DNA of 63,384 nt, the filler included, from Craspedostauros australis (Eukaryota), in the NCBI GenBank assembly GCA_030167865.1. It is 17 parts of 17 records of this genome, joined end to end, with 100 filler letters (N's around TTAATTAATTAA, not from the genome) between each part and the next. Parts side by side here need not be neighbours in the genome. Positions count along the whole stretch, not along the records: positions 1,866 to 15,722 come from JALAGF010003359.1; positions 15,823 to 19,726 come from JALAGF010003360.1; positions 19,827 to 26,194 come from JALAGF010003361.1; 14 more parts are not named here. One strand, 5' to 3'. The notes below the pieces were generated by a model. The model did no database searches, had not been told where the DNA came from, and saw only the letters and a program-made list of their open reading frames with translations. Positions 11,326-24,965 of the stretch are shown here, piece after piece. Both the position numbers and the translations under genes were made by a program. Numbering within the stretch: position 1 is the first letter of the stretch; each line of letters begins with the position of its first letter.

Positions 11326-12475
11326 GATGGATGCACGGACGGATGGATGGATGGGTGTTTGGTTGGTTGGTGGTGTTCTATGAGAGATGCAGCTTGGTTG
11401 TATTACGAGTATGGAATACCACCCGCAGTATTGTAAAACAATAAAATTGATTGGAGTAAACGTCGAGTGTAATTCAGTTCTTTGTCGTCAATTCAGAATT
11501 GTGTTGGTGGTGGGCGTCAAGGAAGGAAAGAACGTCGAGGTTCATGTCCCCAAGTTGTGTTCCGCCACACATGGCAAAAAGAGCGTTGGCCTCGAGAACA
11601 GAAAGATGAAGTTTCGCAAGACGAAAACACAACGCATGGACGGCAAGACGTGCGTACGTATGATCACAGTGTCCGTGACAACTGAAACGACACAGCGAAT
11701 GGTATTCCCGGACATGATAGTACGATGGCAAATCAAGTCTGAGCGGATGAAAATCCTCCGACAAAACTTGGGGCGGCCTCTCGGCGCGAGGTTGGGCATG
11801 TCTTGGCGCATCAACAACCGAAAGCGTCCATCCTACTTCTCTTGTTGGATGGTTGATGCTGATCCGCTGTGACTGGTGCTCCTCCTATCACCACTTGTTC
11901 CGAAATAGAAGCATGAATCGTGGAGCCATCGGCAGTAGCACTCTATGTACCCGTATCTGTGGAAGGAACCCTCTGTGCCTTTACGGCCGTGTTGAGAACA
12001 TGCTCCGCAAGGGTCGCTTTGAGAACCTCTTGCCCATGTGTTGGTGGTCAAAGGTTGATAACTGTAATGGGCGCTCTGCTCGGCGACTTTTTGTCCCTAT
12101 CCATCCACTCATCTTCCCATCTCTCTCTAGACTCGATCTGTTGGGTGGTTCGTGAGATCTGCGACTCCAAAAGCGCGATTGCTGGAGTGATCAACTCGAC
12201 TGCCTGCGTACGTCAGTGCTTGCCACCACAAGAACAAGAACAACACAAAACACGAGCAAATCCGGTCTTGGTGTCGAAATCCAAACCAGTTCGCATCGGC
12301 TGAGAGTGAGAACACGAAGAGACAACAACAACAACGCATCACCACCAGCGGCATCGGAGACATCACCGCGACAAACAAAGCTGCTGCTGCAGACACTGCC
12401 ACAATCATTCACAACAAGTACGAGCTACTCATACGAAACAACTAAGGAACAGGCTGCATTATCGCCTATACCATC

Positions 12476-13683
12476 ATGTCGGATATCGATTGGAAGTTCG
12501 GCGTTCTCAGCGCTATCGGCACGTACTTCGCCAGCAAGGCCGTCATTCACTTCTTCAAGACCTTTCTGCGCCCAGCCCGCGATTTGAAGAAATTCGGGAA
12601 ATGGGCGGTAATCACTGGAGCCACTGGTGAGTTGAGAGGAAGACGGAAGCAGAAGATCAATCATTCCAGATGTACCCGTATTGATGCCCCCTGCCGATTA
12701 CTCTGCTTCAGAAGTGCATCCCGCTGATCCTCTGCACCATGACGACGGTCCGCTGTGTGCTGGTTGCGATATGGATGCGCTTGGGTCCAGGCGTGTTCTG
12801 CTGTGTGGTGCTGCCGGGCAGTGGTTTCCCACTCACTCATCTATCCATCAATCCCCACTCATGTTTCCGCCACTCAGATGGAATCGGCAAGGCGTACGCC
12901 ATGGCCCTCGCAAAGAAAGGAATGAGCATCATGCTCATCAGCCGAACTGAGTCGAAGTTGCAGGATGTTAAGAAGGAGATTGATGAGAAGAAGTACGACG
13001 GCGTCACAGTCGAGTACACCGTCTGCGATTACTCCAAATTCGACAAGGCGGCGCAAGCCAAGGTTGCGGCCGCCGTCAAGGACCTTGAGGTCGGTGTCCT
13101 CATCAACAACGTTGGAGTGAGCTACCGCTACCCTAAGTTCTTCCACGAGCTCAACGATGAAGAAGTCCAGAACCTCATGACCATGAACATCGACAGCACC
13201 ATCTGGATGACCCGCATGGTCCTGGATGGAATGATCAGCCGCAAGAAGCAGGGTGGTGCCATCATCAATCTCTCGTCGGGTTCCGCCATGTACACCCTCC
13301 CGCTTCTGGCCGAGTACTCCGCCTCCAAGAGCTTCATCGAAAAATTCTCCCGTGCCATCAACGCCGAATACAGCACGTCAAACAACATCACATGCCAGTG
13401 CCAGATCCCATTCTACGTCGCCACAAAGCTCGCGAAGATGCGACCAAGCCTGATGGTCCCAACGCCAAAGCAGTACGTCGAGAATGCCATCAAGTGGGTC
13501 GGATACGCCGATGCTGTAGTTTCGCCTATCTACCTTCATAGCATCCAAGGATGGGTGTTGTCGATCCTGCCAGATTTCGTCGTCAGCAAGATCATCATGG
13601 ATATGCACCTTGCAACACGCAAGCGCGGAATGAAGAAGGATGCAAAGTTGGCGGCCGAAGCTTCCGGCAAGAAGACGGAGTAG
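12476..13683 (+). CDS. KCR: Very-long-chain 3-oxoacyl-CoA reductase (KCR/HSD17B12-type SDR); exons 12476-12626 and 12878-13683
   Basis: The spliced junction gives GKWAVITGATDGIGKAYA; also LINNVGVSY, IINLSS, catalytic YSASK and PFYVATKLAK. Confidence 0.9.
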
Positions 13684-14182
13684 GCTTTGCTGCTGCAAAT
13701 GGCCCATTCAGCATTGCGTCCTTCACCTCTACTCTCGTTCAGTAATCGTGACTTTGCCACCAGCAGAGGCATGGACAGATTGATTCGCGATCCACCGCGG
13801 GATAGAGAACTCGTATTTATTCGCTGCGGCAAGATCATGCACGGCACGATTGCGCAATAGTCACAGCTTTCTGTAGAATCAGTACGATCAGAATGCTCTT
13901 TCTGCATTGTTCCTTACCATGTTGTCGCACTGGCTCCTGATAACGGGGCGGAGTCTTCCGCAAATGTGATGCCCATCTTCGTCTCAAGCCAGTGACGTCC
14001 CACAAGGACCACAGCCCTTTGACCATGTTGAACCAGTCATACTCGTATTGTTCCCGTCAGGCTACGCCCATGGCCGACGGCGTAGAACACGGCGAATGAT
14101 GCAGCTCATGATGTGAATGGGCTGTTCTCGGTGTGTAGTAGCTGGTGCGATCATGGTGCATACAATGTCGCCAACAACGTAT

Positions 14183-15027
14183 TGTATGAGCATAAAATAG
14201 CCGAGAATCTCATGTCACCTTTCGCACACTCGTAGATGCTTGCCAGGATCCACCTTGATGAATACATGAACCAAACACCGCACCGGTTACATGTATCAGA
14301 TCAAAAGTCTATATTCACCTTAGCCTATGTCTAATCTTGTTCTCGGTAGACTTCGTCAGGTCACACATGAGACTTTTGGTCATGAACCGTTTTCTCTTTC
14401 TCTGTTGACCTCATTTCCCGCAACTACCGACGGCCCTCAGATACCTGTCTTGGTGTCTGAGGATGGTAGCGAGCTAATACATGGACGTCAGGCCCTGCCT
14501 GTCATCCTCCTTATGTGTACATGAACATGTATGTCTGAATCCCCAGCGAATCCACCTTCACAGGGCATGTCTACTGTCTTATTGAGTGAATGTATCTGAG
14601 CATCTTGGCTCAGATACAAGCTCATCAATCCCATCAAATTTGGCAAGATCGCATTTCTGCAATGATCGGATTTGCTGCATGCATCATTGTTGTTCCAAGA
14701 AGCAATATCAGTATTGGAGGCACCATGAACCTCCTCAGCCTTGCAAACTTGACAACCTCTTCATGCTCTGCACTTCATGCTCTGCACTTCATGCTCTGCT
14801 GTGTGTTGCAACACATGTTGCCTCAGCATCATTTTTTATCATTTCATCTTCATCTGTTCACAATTCAGACCCCAACAGTTCTGAATTGGGCCAGCTTACA
14901 TACCATCTAACATCAATTAACCACTCAGAGCACAATAACACTATCACACAGCTTCACTCTACTTCATTGACAGACTTGATCACTCCCAATTTTGAGGTAA
15001 GTACCCACTTTCATCTGTGTTCTATCA
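14183..15027 (+). mobile_element. Putative LTR-like repeat; right end firm (…TTCTATCA), left end tentative (TG at 14183)
   Basis: 14945-15027 recurs inverted at 37859-37942 and both copies diverge from their flanks right after CA. The region is CpG-poor. No TSD was found. Confidence 0.5.
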
Positions 15028-15532
15028 CACTCTGGTTGCGACGGCTTCTGAGATCTATGCAGCTCCTGATCCCGTTGCATGCTTTGTTCTCAGCACAGAT
15101 AATGCCGCAGATGTTCTTTTCGAGGTTCAGGTAGCCGGAAACGCGGAGGCATGAATTCCGCCTGATGATCTTACTACCAAGGATAGTGCTGGCACCCGGG
15201 CGATCCAAATGGAGCTGCCCAAAGCTTCTGCAAGAGTTCTCCAATGTGCAACCGCCAAAGACCATGGTGTTCAAAACGATGTTGGTGCATGAACTGCTTG
15301 CTGTGCAGGCATCTGGAGTGATCGTGAACGAATCACTGCCGGATGAGCAGCCTCCAGGTGGGTAGCAAGCATATCCCTCAGTATTGCATGCTGTTGTGGG
15401 CCTATCACCCTGTCCAGTCAGAATGATCACAACACCCTCTTGGAGGGCCCCCAGGGTGGCAGCCATGAAGTCGGAGCATGTGCCAATGGCACCATCACAA
15501 ACGATTTTGGCGGCGGGGGGAGGGTTCCTCAT
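15028..15532 (-). pseudogene. Degenerate fragment paralogous to the Cys-rich protein at 39666-42371, cut by the LTR-like repeat
   Basis: IVCDGAIGTCSDFMAA vs ILCDEATGTCANFVAA; GSKIIRRNSC vs GFRVIGPRAC. No signal peptide, and the ORF stop lies inside the repeat. Confidence 0.6.
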
Positions 15533-15822
15533 GTTGAATACACAGCGATCAATTCGTTGCGAGAAGCATGATGGTCGTAAATCAGCGAATATATTAGCTC
15601 AAACTAGTATTCCTATTAGTCGTGTTAAGATTTAGTCTAGTTAATCAAATGACCGACTGCTCAGAGTTTGAGCGGGATTGAAGCGTGACTCGATGTCGGT
15701 GGGATGGGGTCCCACCCTCGAANNNNNNNNNNNNNNNNNNNNNNNNNNNNNNNNNNNNNNNNNNNNTTAATTAATTAANNNNNNNNNNNNNNNNNNNNNN
15801 NNNNNNNNNNNNNNNNNNNNNN

Positions 15823-17943
15823 ATGTCCACGAAGAAGGAGCTGAACAGAAGCGGGAAGGGGACATAAAATGCCATCAGGTACCAAAGGGATTGCCAGAAC
15901 ACCTGATTCGTCATCGAGTTGGATTGGCTTTGGAGCCTCCATCGCTGCGAAGCCCTGTCGAGTTTGTACACCGACAGAAACGTGGCTGAGGTGGCCACAG
16001 TCGCACCGAGGATGCAAATAGTGGATGGCACGAAGTACAAGAACGTGGCCGGCAACCAGGTCTTTTCTTGCGGCGGACCGACCGTGTAGCAGAGATTCAG
16101 TAAGGGTTGGTAGAACGGGATGCCAGCAAGTGCCAGCCCCAAGCCCAAAGGTATAATGACAGCATGGCAGCATCTTCGGTACAATCGAAGCTGATCCTCG
16201 CTCCATGATTTCGTGACGATGAGCCAAAAGTGGACAGCCAACGCGAAATTGTACCAAAGCGATGCGAATGATAACTGCAGCATTGCGCCATTCACTTTGC
16301 AGGTCGCCTCCGTGCCACTGGAATTGAAGAGATCTTGTTCTTCCGGCATGAAGAAGTTGCTGAATATGTAATTGATGGAACCGATCCAATCAAAGATACT
16401 GATGCCAAGCATGAGCTGGCCATAAGTCTTCACTCTCTTCTTGGGATCCCGCAGAATGTCGAAGATGATAAACGACGATCCCTGTTTGGAGTTGATGGTG
16501 AAAAGTGTGATGGCGGTCGCGGTCATGGTCACGGTCCCGTGTGAACATCGCAGTTGCATATTGAGACGATAGAAGTAGAGATATCGTGAGAGTATTGATA
16601 GGGTGAATTATGACAGAGCCGATGTCAGCACGAACTGATGAGCGCTACAAATACACACTCCTTCTACCACAGCAACAACTGCGCATTTGTTAGCACGCGA
16701 GTGAGACTCTCCCTGTCTCTCGGTTCAAACAATGCGACTGCGCGAGGGCGATACTTACAAAGAATGATAGCACCCCAGAGAAGATTTGAGATGCGGCTAA
16801 TGCCGTCAGTCTTGGGTTGGGCTCGCATCCGCATGCATCCCGACGCAGCTGATTGGCGAAGCAGACGGTGGAATCCTGGTCAACTCCGAACTGCAAGAAT
16901 GAGTCAAACAGCGCACAGGATACTTGTTCATTGGAGTAGGCCAAGGATGAGTCTTGTCTCGAACCCGCGCTGCTGTAAGCTTCAACGACGTCATTTGTGA
17001 TCCATTCCAGGATCTTGTCTGGATATGGCACGCTCTGCCCACCTGGGCACAACGAGCACGAGTTTTGTCTCATGGGACACCCGCAGTAACCGGATAGCAG
17101 CTGGCTGAGCCCACATTCCTCAGCTTCGACGTCCAAGAGTGCGGTCAACGTCTCCAGCTCGCCACAAGTCTCTGCTGGTATTTCGATGCCTTCCAATTCA
17201 ATGACCTTGTCCGGGAATCTCACCTTGCCGATGCCAGAGCACAGCAAGCACTTCTCGGTGCTGATCGTATCACTGCTTGTGTCCGTGTCAGCGCTATCAT
17301 CACCATCGACGACGGTGTTGTTGCCGCCGCCCGTTGGCATGGCGGTCGGTGTTGGTGCGGCCGTGGCGCCCGGATCGATTCCACCGCCGCCGCCACCGCC
17401 GCTGCATGCACAGTCTGGAACACTCTGGGCGATTGACTTGCACTCGTCAGAAGTTTGTTCGAATTGCTGCAGCGACGAGTCCACCAATCCACACGTTCGC
17501 TTCAGTTCGCTGGGTGCATCTTGCAGGAAGCTGGGGATCGTCTGTAACACATGATCGGCATTCACCAATGATGATGGCGACGGACACAGAGAGCAGGCAC
17601 CTTGGATCTTGGGACAGCCGCAGAGTCCACCCAGCGTGCGGACGCCACGGCAATCGTCAGTGCTTTCGTCAATGTAGCCGACCACGGCCTGCAGGTCGCC
17701 GCATGTTGCGAGAGAGAATGGCGTCTTCAGGTCGATTGGGAAATCTGGTTTCGTGATGGCATCGTCAGGGTTTGGGCAGATGGTGCAGCCTGCGTTGGCC
17801 GGTGCGATGCTTGATGATGCCAAGATAATCGCAGCGAAGGCTATTGAGAGACGGAGCCTCTGTGCGGAGCGGCATGGTGGACACGCGGTTGCGCTTTTTT
17901 CGGATGATGATAGAGACGGCGGTGACGAGACGGATCGCGTCAT
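15823..17943 (-). CDS. Redundant partial copy of the GPCR (assembly overlap 15823-18232 = reverse complement of 1866-4275)
   Basis: Identical ORF translations; the overlap runs to contig edges. Confidence 0.85.
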
Positions 17944-19884
17944 CGTGATGTTTGAATCAGTGATGGCAAAGATGAACGCTGTTCAGCGTATGGAACTACA
18001 CACCCAATTCGGTTTGCATAGAATAGGATAATAAAATGCAACAGCAAATATCTGCTGGCGGCAGAGTTGTTGATGTTGGTGTATCTGAACCAATCGTTGG
18101 TAATCGGCGGGATGGTGAGATGATGGCGACACTGTCTCTTTCCCTCCGCGCTGCCTCTTCCAGACAGGAGCAGTTGCCGACTGGTGTGGTTGTGGGTCCT
18201 CCCGCAGGTCTGTTGTCCTCTCCCTGGTGCCAACCGAATGGATTTCGTTGGGCTTTGTATCACCGATGTGAGCAAAGTTGCTGTTCTGCCAGTTTGCCAG
18301 GAGAAGGGACATCGGAGCTTTTGTGGTCGTGGTGTCGTCGGTTTTGTCCGTGTCCTTGCATTGTGTGAGACAATACTAATACGTATCTCCAAGCTACCCC
18401 ACCGTTCGAGTTTAGAGGCTTTTGTCTCGTGTGGTCTTCGTGACCCGCCTCGAAGTTCATGACTTCGAATGACAAACACAAATGACACGATGGTTCTTCG
18501 TCACATAGTTGTTGCCTGGTTGCGCATGTCGCAGCAAACACGAGTCCGTTGCACAGCTCATGCTTTTCCTGTTTGTATTGTTGTGTCGTGCCAATTTGGC
18601 GCGGACACTTCAAAGGTGACCAACACGAGAAGCAAAACTACCACAAAACGAAGAACAGACGGAGAGAAAGGCAACGTGCCAGGATCAAAACAGACGAAAG
18701 GGAAGTCGAGCTCTGTGCTTCCGTCCTGTCAAAATCTGGGGACGCGCAGCAGCATGGCGGTGATACGCAGAGCAACCAGGGTCGGCAAATCAACCCAATT
18801 GAAGGCAGCGGAGACTGGGTATCGTTGTTCGCGTCATGTCATGACAAAGACTGTGTTCCGCTTCTCAGGACAGGATTCCACAGAACAGAACATGAATCTG
18901 CATCCAGGGAAAGGTCCGATCCAAGTTCGACACCTCAGGACAGCTCCACCCACACATCCCAGTGCTATACCAATGCGGGCGCGCAGGGGTGTTGCGCTGC
19001 ATCAGAGACACGCTGTGCAATCTGTCATGCGGCTCGTGTCTGTTTGTATGGCAGTGGCATGAGACCAAATCATCCCAACTTGCTCCACTTTCGTCGTTTG
19101 CGATCTTCGCCATTCCGCCCATCGAATACGTCATCATGTGGCTGACTGCCTGCCTTCATCACCGTTGGCTAACGATATAACCTCCCCACCCCTGGGTGTT
19201 TTTCTTTGTGGTGCTGGTTGTGAAAGGTTCACTATGTTCGTGGCGTGTTGTTGACACGCTTGCGACATTTTCGCAAATTGTTGCTGATCGATTAGGGGGT
19301 TGCGGTGAATTATAGTCAGAGAAGATTATCTATCAACGACGTCGCGTTGCATGTCACACGACATGTCTCTATTTTAGTCATGTATCGTCAGAACCTGATC
19401 GAAGAATCTCATGGTCGTCCTTCATACATCACGCTGTGGCTCAACAGGGACTCCACCGGCGTCAATCATGCGGGCGTTGCTGTTGAGTTGTGTTGGTATG
19501 AAGCAGACGCGAGTACAAGTACAAATACGAGTACAAGTGCAAGTACAAGTCTGAATGCGCTCTCGTGATGGTCACACACGTTGTCACTTTCACACGAATA
19601 CCAGCAACTAAATCTTGTACTACGGCTCCCCCCGCACACTCCTGTACCCACGAATTTCACAGGGATTTGCCTCCACGTCGCTCGGAGTTTGCCGCCTCCA
19701 AGATCTGCAGATCTCCGAGACGATACNNNNNNNNNNNNNNNNNNNNNNNNNNNNNNNNNNNNNNNNNNNNTTAATTAATTAANNNNNNNNNNNNNNNNNN
19801 NNNNNNNNNNNNNNNNNNNNNNNNNNGTCGGATGCATCGCCGAGCACCGCGTACTCGAAAACCTCCTCTGCGTACTTCAGCTCC

Positions 19885-22584
19885 ATGGATGTGCAAGCGA
19901 AGAACCCTGCAGTGTACGGCATCGCCGATCGCAATCGTCACGGTGCAGCGTCCGTGATGAGAGGACTGCAGCCTCTGTACGCCAACGACAGCTATCAGAC
20001 GCAGGCACAGTTGCAACCGCAGGCGCAACCGCAACCACCGACTGCAGAAGCGTTGGCTCTCAACGACCATTTCCATCCGGCGCATCGTACGTTCAATGCC
20101 GTCAACGCCTTCGGTTTCAATAGCCTTTTGGACAAGACCCAGGATGTTCCCAACCTCATGGATGACCTGGAATCTGCGAGCACGTTCTCTCATGCCACCA
20201 GCACCCATTCGTACAACAACGCACCGGCCACCGCATCACAGCAAAAGTCGGGACAACGATTGGTGATGGTGCCGAAGAAGCACGCAGCGACGCAAGGCAG
20301 AAGACTTCGCGACCAACCCAGTACAATTGAAGAAAATGCATCGTCGGATATCTTTGACGGGGTTCGAAGCCTGGTGTCGGCAGCGAAGGTGTCCAATATG
20401 ATGAGTGCAACTGCGTTTGGTCGTTCCACGGTCCAGCCCAGAAATGCACCAACCAAGAAAGAGCAAACGAGCAAGGCTGTTACCCACAGCAACCTTGGAA
20501 TTGAATCCAAGGCGACAGGAAATTACACACCGCAAGTGAACGCCGATCCCACCTTGAACGTTGTCCTTCTTGGAGGAGGCCTTACAACGATTCAAACCAC
20601 TGCGACTGACTTCACCAAACGCATCACGGCAAGCGATTACGACGAAACGCTCAGCACCAGCGATTATGACGAATACGGCTTTGCGCAAGTGCCTTCCTTC
20701 CACACGCTCTTGGGCAACTCCGAGAATCCCAGCAACGACAATAATGACGACGTCAACAGCAACAGCAACAACAAGAATACGAAAGCATCGTCGTCGCTGC
20801 TCGGTGCCAGCAGTCTGCGTCTCACCGAGGACTCCTTGCGCACGAACTACGAAGAGGCCGAGTCAGAATCGGGATCGTCGCTGTTTTCCAACCCGTACGG
20901 CAAGGAAGGATGGGGACCAATGTACAACGACCTGTCGAAGTATTACGTGCATCCAAACGAGATGAAGAAGGTCGTCCGGAAGTTCCGCAAGCTGTCCAAG
21001 GCACGGTGCAGCAAACTGAATGCGGCGGATCGATTCGATGAGGAGGACGCCATCAAGGCATTCGCCTTGGCAGAGATGAGGAGCCGCATCATGGAGAAGG
21101 ACATCGAGCGTCGTTTGGAGCGTCGTGGATGGACCACCATCGTGGATGACATCGTCGATACGCCACGAGGTAGAGCCGCCCTGCGCAGCCGCGACACGGT
21201 GATCGTGGCCAAGGCATGGCGCGATGGTGCGAATCCTGCCGACATCGTCCGATCCTCGCAGCTGACGCGCCGTGACGAACGCGCGTACTATCTCTGGAGA
21301 CCGTCGCGGCGGCAACAACAAGGTTACTGGGAGGAAGTGCGTTGGCAGGATGATAACGAATTCTGCCTGCAGCAATGCGCCTCCGTTGGCTCGCGGTGTC
21401 TCAGAGGTCATGAGATGTTCACCATCGGTGACTGTCAGAGCATGCTGTTGAAACTGACGAACGATTACTGCACGGTAAGTGCCACAGCATACGAATATTG
21501 CATGGCATGCTGTGGGCGGGTATGGTTTGACATGATCCACAATTTCAAACGCATGCCCCCACGAATACGGAACATTGTACGCAACTCAACTCACATCACA
21601 TCACACGCATTCCATCTATAATCCCATCTCGTTCAAACTCCCATCTGTTATCAACTCGCACACGCGGTTCTCCACACAATTCAGGATCTGCGCGATCAAC
21701 TTGATGAAGCAACAGCACGCCAGATCGATGCAGAGGACATCATAAAGACGGAAGGAGACAGCGGTCAGGGTTTCATGACGGAGGCTGAGATGACGTATCT
21801 GAATTGCATGCAGGATGTGAAAGTCATCTCCCAGCGGCTCATCATCGCAGAAAATGCCTTTCATTGCGTGAAGGAACGAATTGAGAATCTGGTGGCGCGG
21901 TACGAATCCATCCTCGTGAGCATCGAGAACGACACAGAGTCGATGGTGGCATCGTCTGTGATGACGTACGAGAGTTCGTGCTACTCTGAAGATTGCGACG
22001 ATGAATCCTACGATCACCATCGTGAAAATGAGACGCTGGCGAGGAGAGCCCAAAGGGCAGAACTTCGAGCCGAATTAGCCGCTCGTGAGGCCATGCTCGC
22101 CAAGGAGGAAACGCGTCTCGTGCGGGAGGAGAAAGAACGCGAGGTGCAGGATCTTCGCATGAAGCTGCAGGACTTGCAGTCCGAGGCTTCCACGGCCATC
22201 TCCCAACACCAACGATCCATCCTCGTCCGGGCCATGAGCTCTTCCAACGTGCGTTCCGCGGCCGGCAGCAGCGCCATGACCGACACCAACCGATCGAAGA
22301 TAGACGAAGTGAAGCAACGGTTCCGAGCCAAGTCGCAGGCACGCATGAGCGGTGCCGCCATCAAGTCTCAGCAGCAGCGTGTAGGCACGGCGTACAGCGC
22401 GTCTTCTCAACAAGTCCGGGCATCTCAGCATGCACAGAATGAAAGCAGGAAGAATGATCGAATCCTCAGCATGGGAGAAGAGATGTTCCAACATCTGGAC
22501 TTTTACGAAAGATCTCTGAATGCGGTGAAGACAGGCGCCCATGTCAACAGCAACAACCAGCGCGGTAAGAACTACAGGCGATGA
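19885..22584 (+). CDS. Hypothetical protein with C-terminal coiled coil; exons (<=19885)-21474 and 21685-22584; 5' end may lie beyond the contig edge
   Basis: A GTAAGT...CAG intron (21475-21684) joins the two long ORFs in frame (NDYCT|DLRDQL); heptad-rich E/R/K segments. Confidence 0.8.
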
Positions 22585-23063
22585 TGAGCATCTGCATAGG
22601 ACAGCAATGAATGAGATCTGCGCAATGACGAAACGCGGTTGAGATCAAATCAGTCCCAGCAGCAGCCAAGTGCGATGGTGGACTGGTGCAAGCGTGGCAT
22701 AATAACTTCAAGAACCCTACTCCGCTCCACTGTAGAACCTTGCGTTCTGATCAGAAGTCTATCTACGAAGACGATTGCAACCCATGTATGGCACGCTCAG
22801 CAGTGTATGTGCGTGTGTATCTGTTTGTCATCAAAGATGACCCAACAATAGTTCTGCCCGTGTGTTCGAAAAACGGCATCATGATGCGACGAATGGTGAA
22901 AAGAAATAAAATGGCCTCCTGCACATGACACAGGGCATGCCGACAGCCGCTCACAATCTACAGTGATTCCAGAGGACCTGCTTTGCGCCAAGGATGCGAT
23001 GCACAAGAGGTCGAACGAACGGGACGAAACAAAACGAAACAATGGGTGACGACCCAAAAGAAA

Positions 23064-23136
23064 TGAGGCCAACCGGATTTGAACCGATGACCTTCGGGTC
23101 TGGAATCCGAAATTCTACCAACTGAACTATGGCCCC
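23064..23136 (-). tRNA. tRNA-Trp (CCA), 73 nt
   Basis: GGGGCCA TA GTTC AGTTGGTA GAAT T TCGGA TTCCAGA CCCGA AGGTC ATCGG TTCAAAT CCGGT TGGCCTC A folds as a cloverleaf; T-rich tract downstream and AT-rich box about 30 nt upstream. Confidence 0.93.
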
Positions 23137-24965
23137 ACTCGCTGTGAATAGAGTGGAAAAACAACTATAATTAACGTATTCCTGATTGTCATTGTTCTCT
23201 CGTTCCAGAAAACTATCTCATGGAATACATCATGCATGTGCCAGCAGACTTTACCCCTGCCGCCACTGGCCCCCAAGGGGACCAGTTTTGAGCAAGCCTT
23301 CAGTTTTTGCTGATCCATCAATGCCTAGCCACAAAGCCATTGCACGCCTCTCAGCTTGCATCGACGTAGTCCTGCATTGCACCCTCTGTTGGCAAGTTCT
23401 GTGATTGGAAGCCTACGTTCGTGGAAGACAGTGTTGTTGATAGTCGTTCTGTTTGCTATTTCATTATGTTACGTTGGCACTCCAATCCTCTTGGTGTCCG
23501 TTCTCTTTCCCAATGCTCTTGGTGTGTTTATCTGTTTCGTAGATTGGGTCTCCCACTATGAGTCGGTACGTGAGAGGCTCTCTCGCTGCTATCATATTCT
23601 CTTTCTCTCTCTCGCTCAATATTCCACGTTCATGTTACACAATACTCCGTGTTTGATGCATACTCTGCATTCAACACTCTGCTAGTTCACTACTGGTTCC
23701 TACTCCATGAGTACTTACCACTTGATCTCTTCTTCGTGCATCCATGATCTCGAGGCTCTTCGGTCATCGAATCTTTACCTTCTGCTTCTGACATGGAGAC
23801 AGATGTTGACATGGTAACATGATGACATCCTGTTGACGTCAGTTGTCGTCCTTCTGCTCTCCAGATGTCACGTTCCATCAATGATGCGATGGTCTGTCAG
23901 ATGATATCATCATCTGAGGTTTAGTTGGGAGGTACCTCAAGATTCGCTTGGTACCATACGTTTCCATTGATGGATGGACGGACGATGTTTCTAATTCTCT
24001 CAGAAATTGTTGATTGCAAACTTCCTCCAGAAATTCTGCTCATTTTTGTGTGTTCCATTTCCACTGTGATTCTGACAAGTCACAGCATACTATCGACACG
24101 AATGTAGTTGTACCGTCCAAGTACGTATGAGAGAATAACGGGTGAACGATGCACATATACACGTACATCTCGACATATACACGCATGTACATCTCGAAAT
24201 ATAGTTCCCAGGACAGCTTGGATCGAGGCAATTGTGCCATTGAGTCAGCAATGGTCTGTGAATGAAGGGAGAATTTGTGGTCATCAGGGTTGGAAGAATT
24301 CATGCCAAAAGTGAATTTCAGGCAACGATGTGGGACACACAAAGATAGAAAGTAGTCTGCCCCAGAGTGAACTTCAACTGTATTTCTACCTCGTCTTGAA
24401 TCCATGAAAGATTGTTGTTTTCTGTATAGTATCGTGTGTTGAAAAGAGAGCGGCTCCTCTGCACTCGTATTAGTCATAGTAGTAGTTGTAGTAGCAGTAG
24501 TAGCAGTAGTAGTAGACTAGCCTGCGGACGATTTCTAGAGCGTGTTGTTTCGCTCCCTCTGTCCCGTTGGAATGAGACACGTCCGTCTGCCCATACATAC
24601 GTTCCCGCCAAAATTGATTTTTTCTTTCGTCGATTTGCACGTGGTCGTGAGTGTGGATTGCGCACAGGAACAACACGAGAGATGTCTTGGAGTTCTTCGG
24701 CACACGTGCCAAGTGAACACTTGCCACCTTTCCTGCTTAGGCGCGAAGAAGCTCTTCGGGTCGAGAGGGTTGGTGGGACCGCAGATGTTGGGTTCCGTGG
24801 CGTGAGGAACATCCACCTCTCCCCTCTTTGCACTCACCTTCGGCAGCCGCACGAGAGAGCGCTGGGATCACAACATAATGATAGGGTACTTTTGAAGCCT
24901 CGGCTGCGATCGAAACCAAAGCAACCAGACAGACACGCTCGCACAACGTACCAATACGCACGCGT

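Noticed and set aside
1866..18232. Giant inverted repeats suggesting a Polinton or foldback element (also 27924/33293, 43683/47572, 55046/58269)
   Set aside because: Each overlap ends exactly at contig edges, which fits flipped overlapping contigs.
23402..24880. LTR or PBS candidates upstream of tRNA-Trp (TGATTGG at 23402; TGCGG...CCGCA at 24523-24851; tRNA-iMet-like stretch near 24855-24875)
   Set aside because: TE-like composition, but no TSD, paired LTR or convincing PBS could be found.
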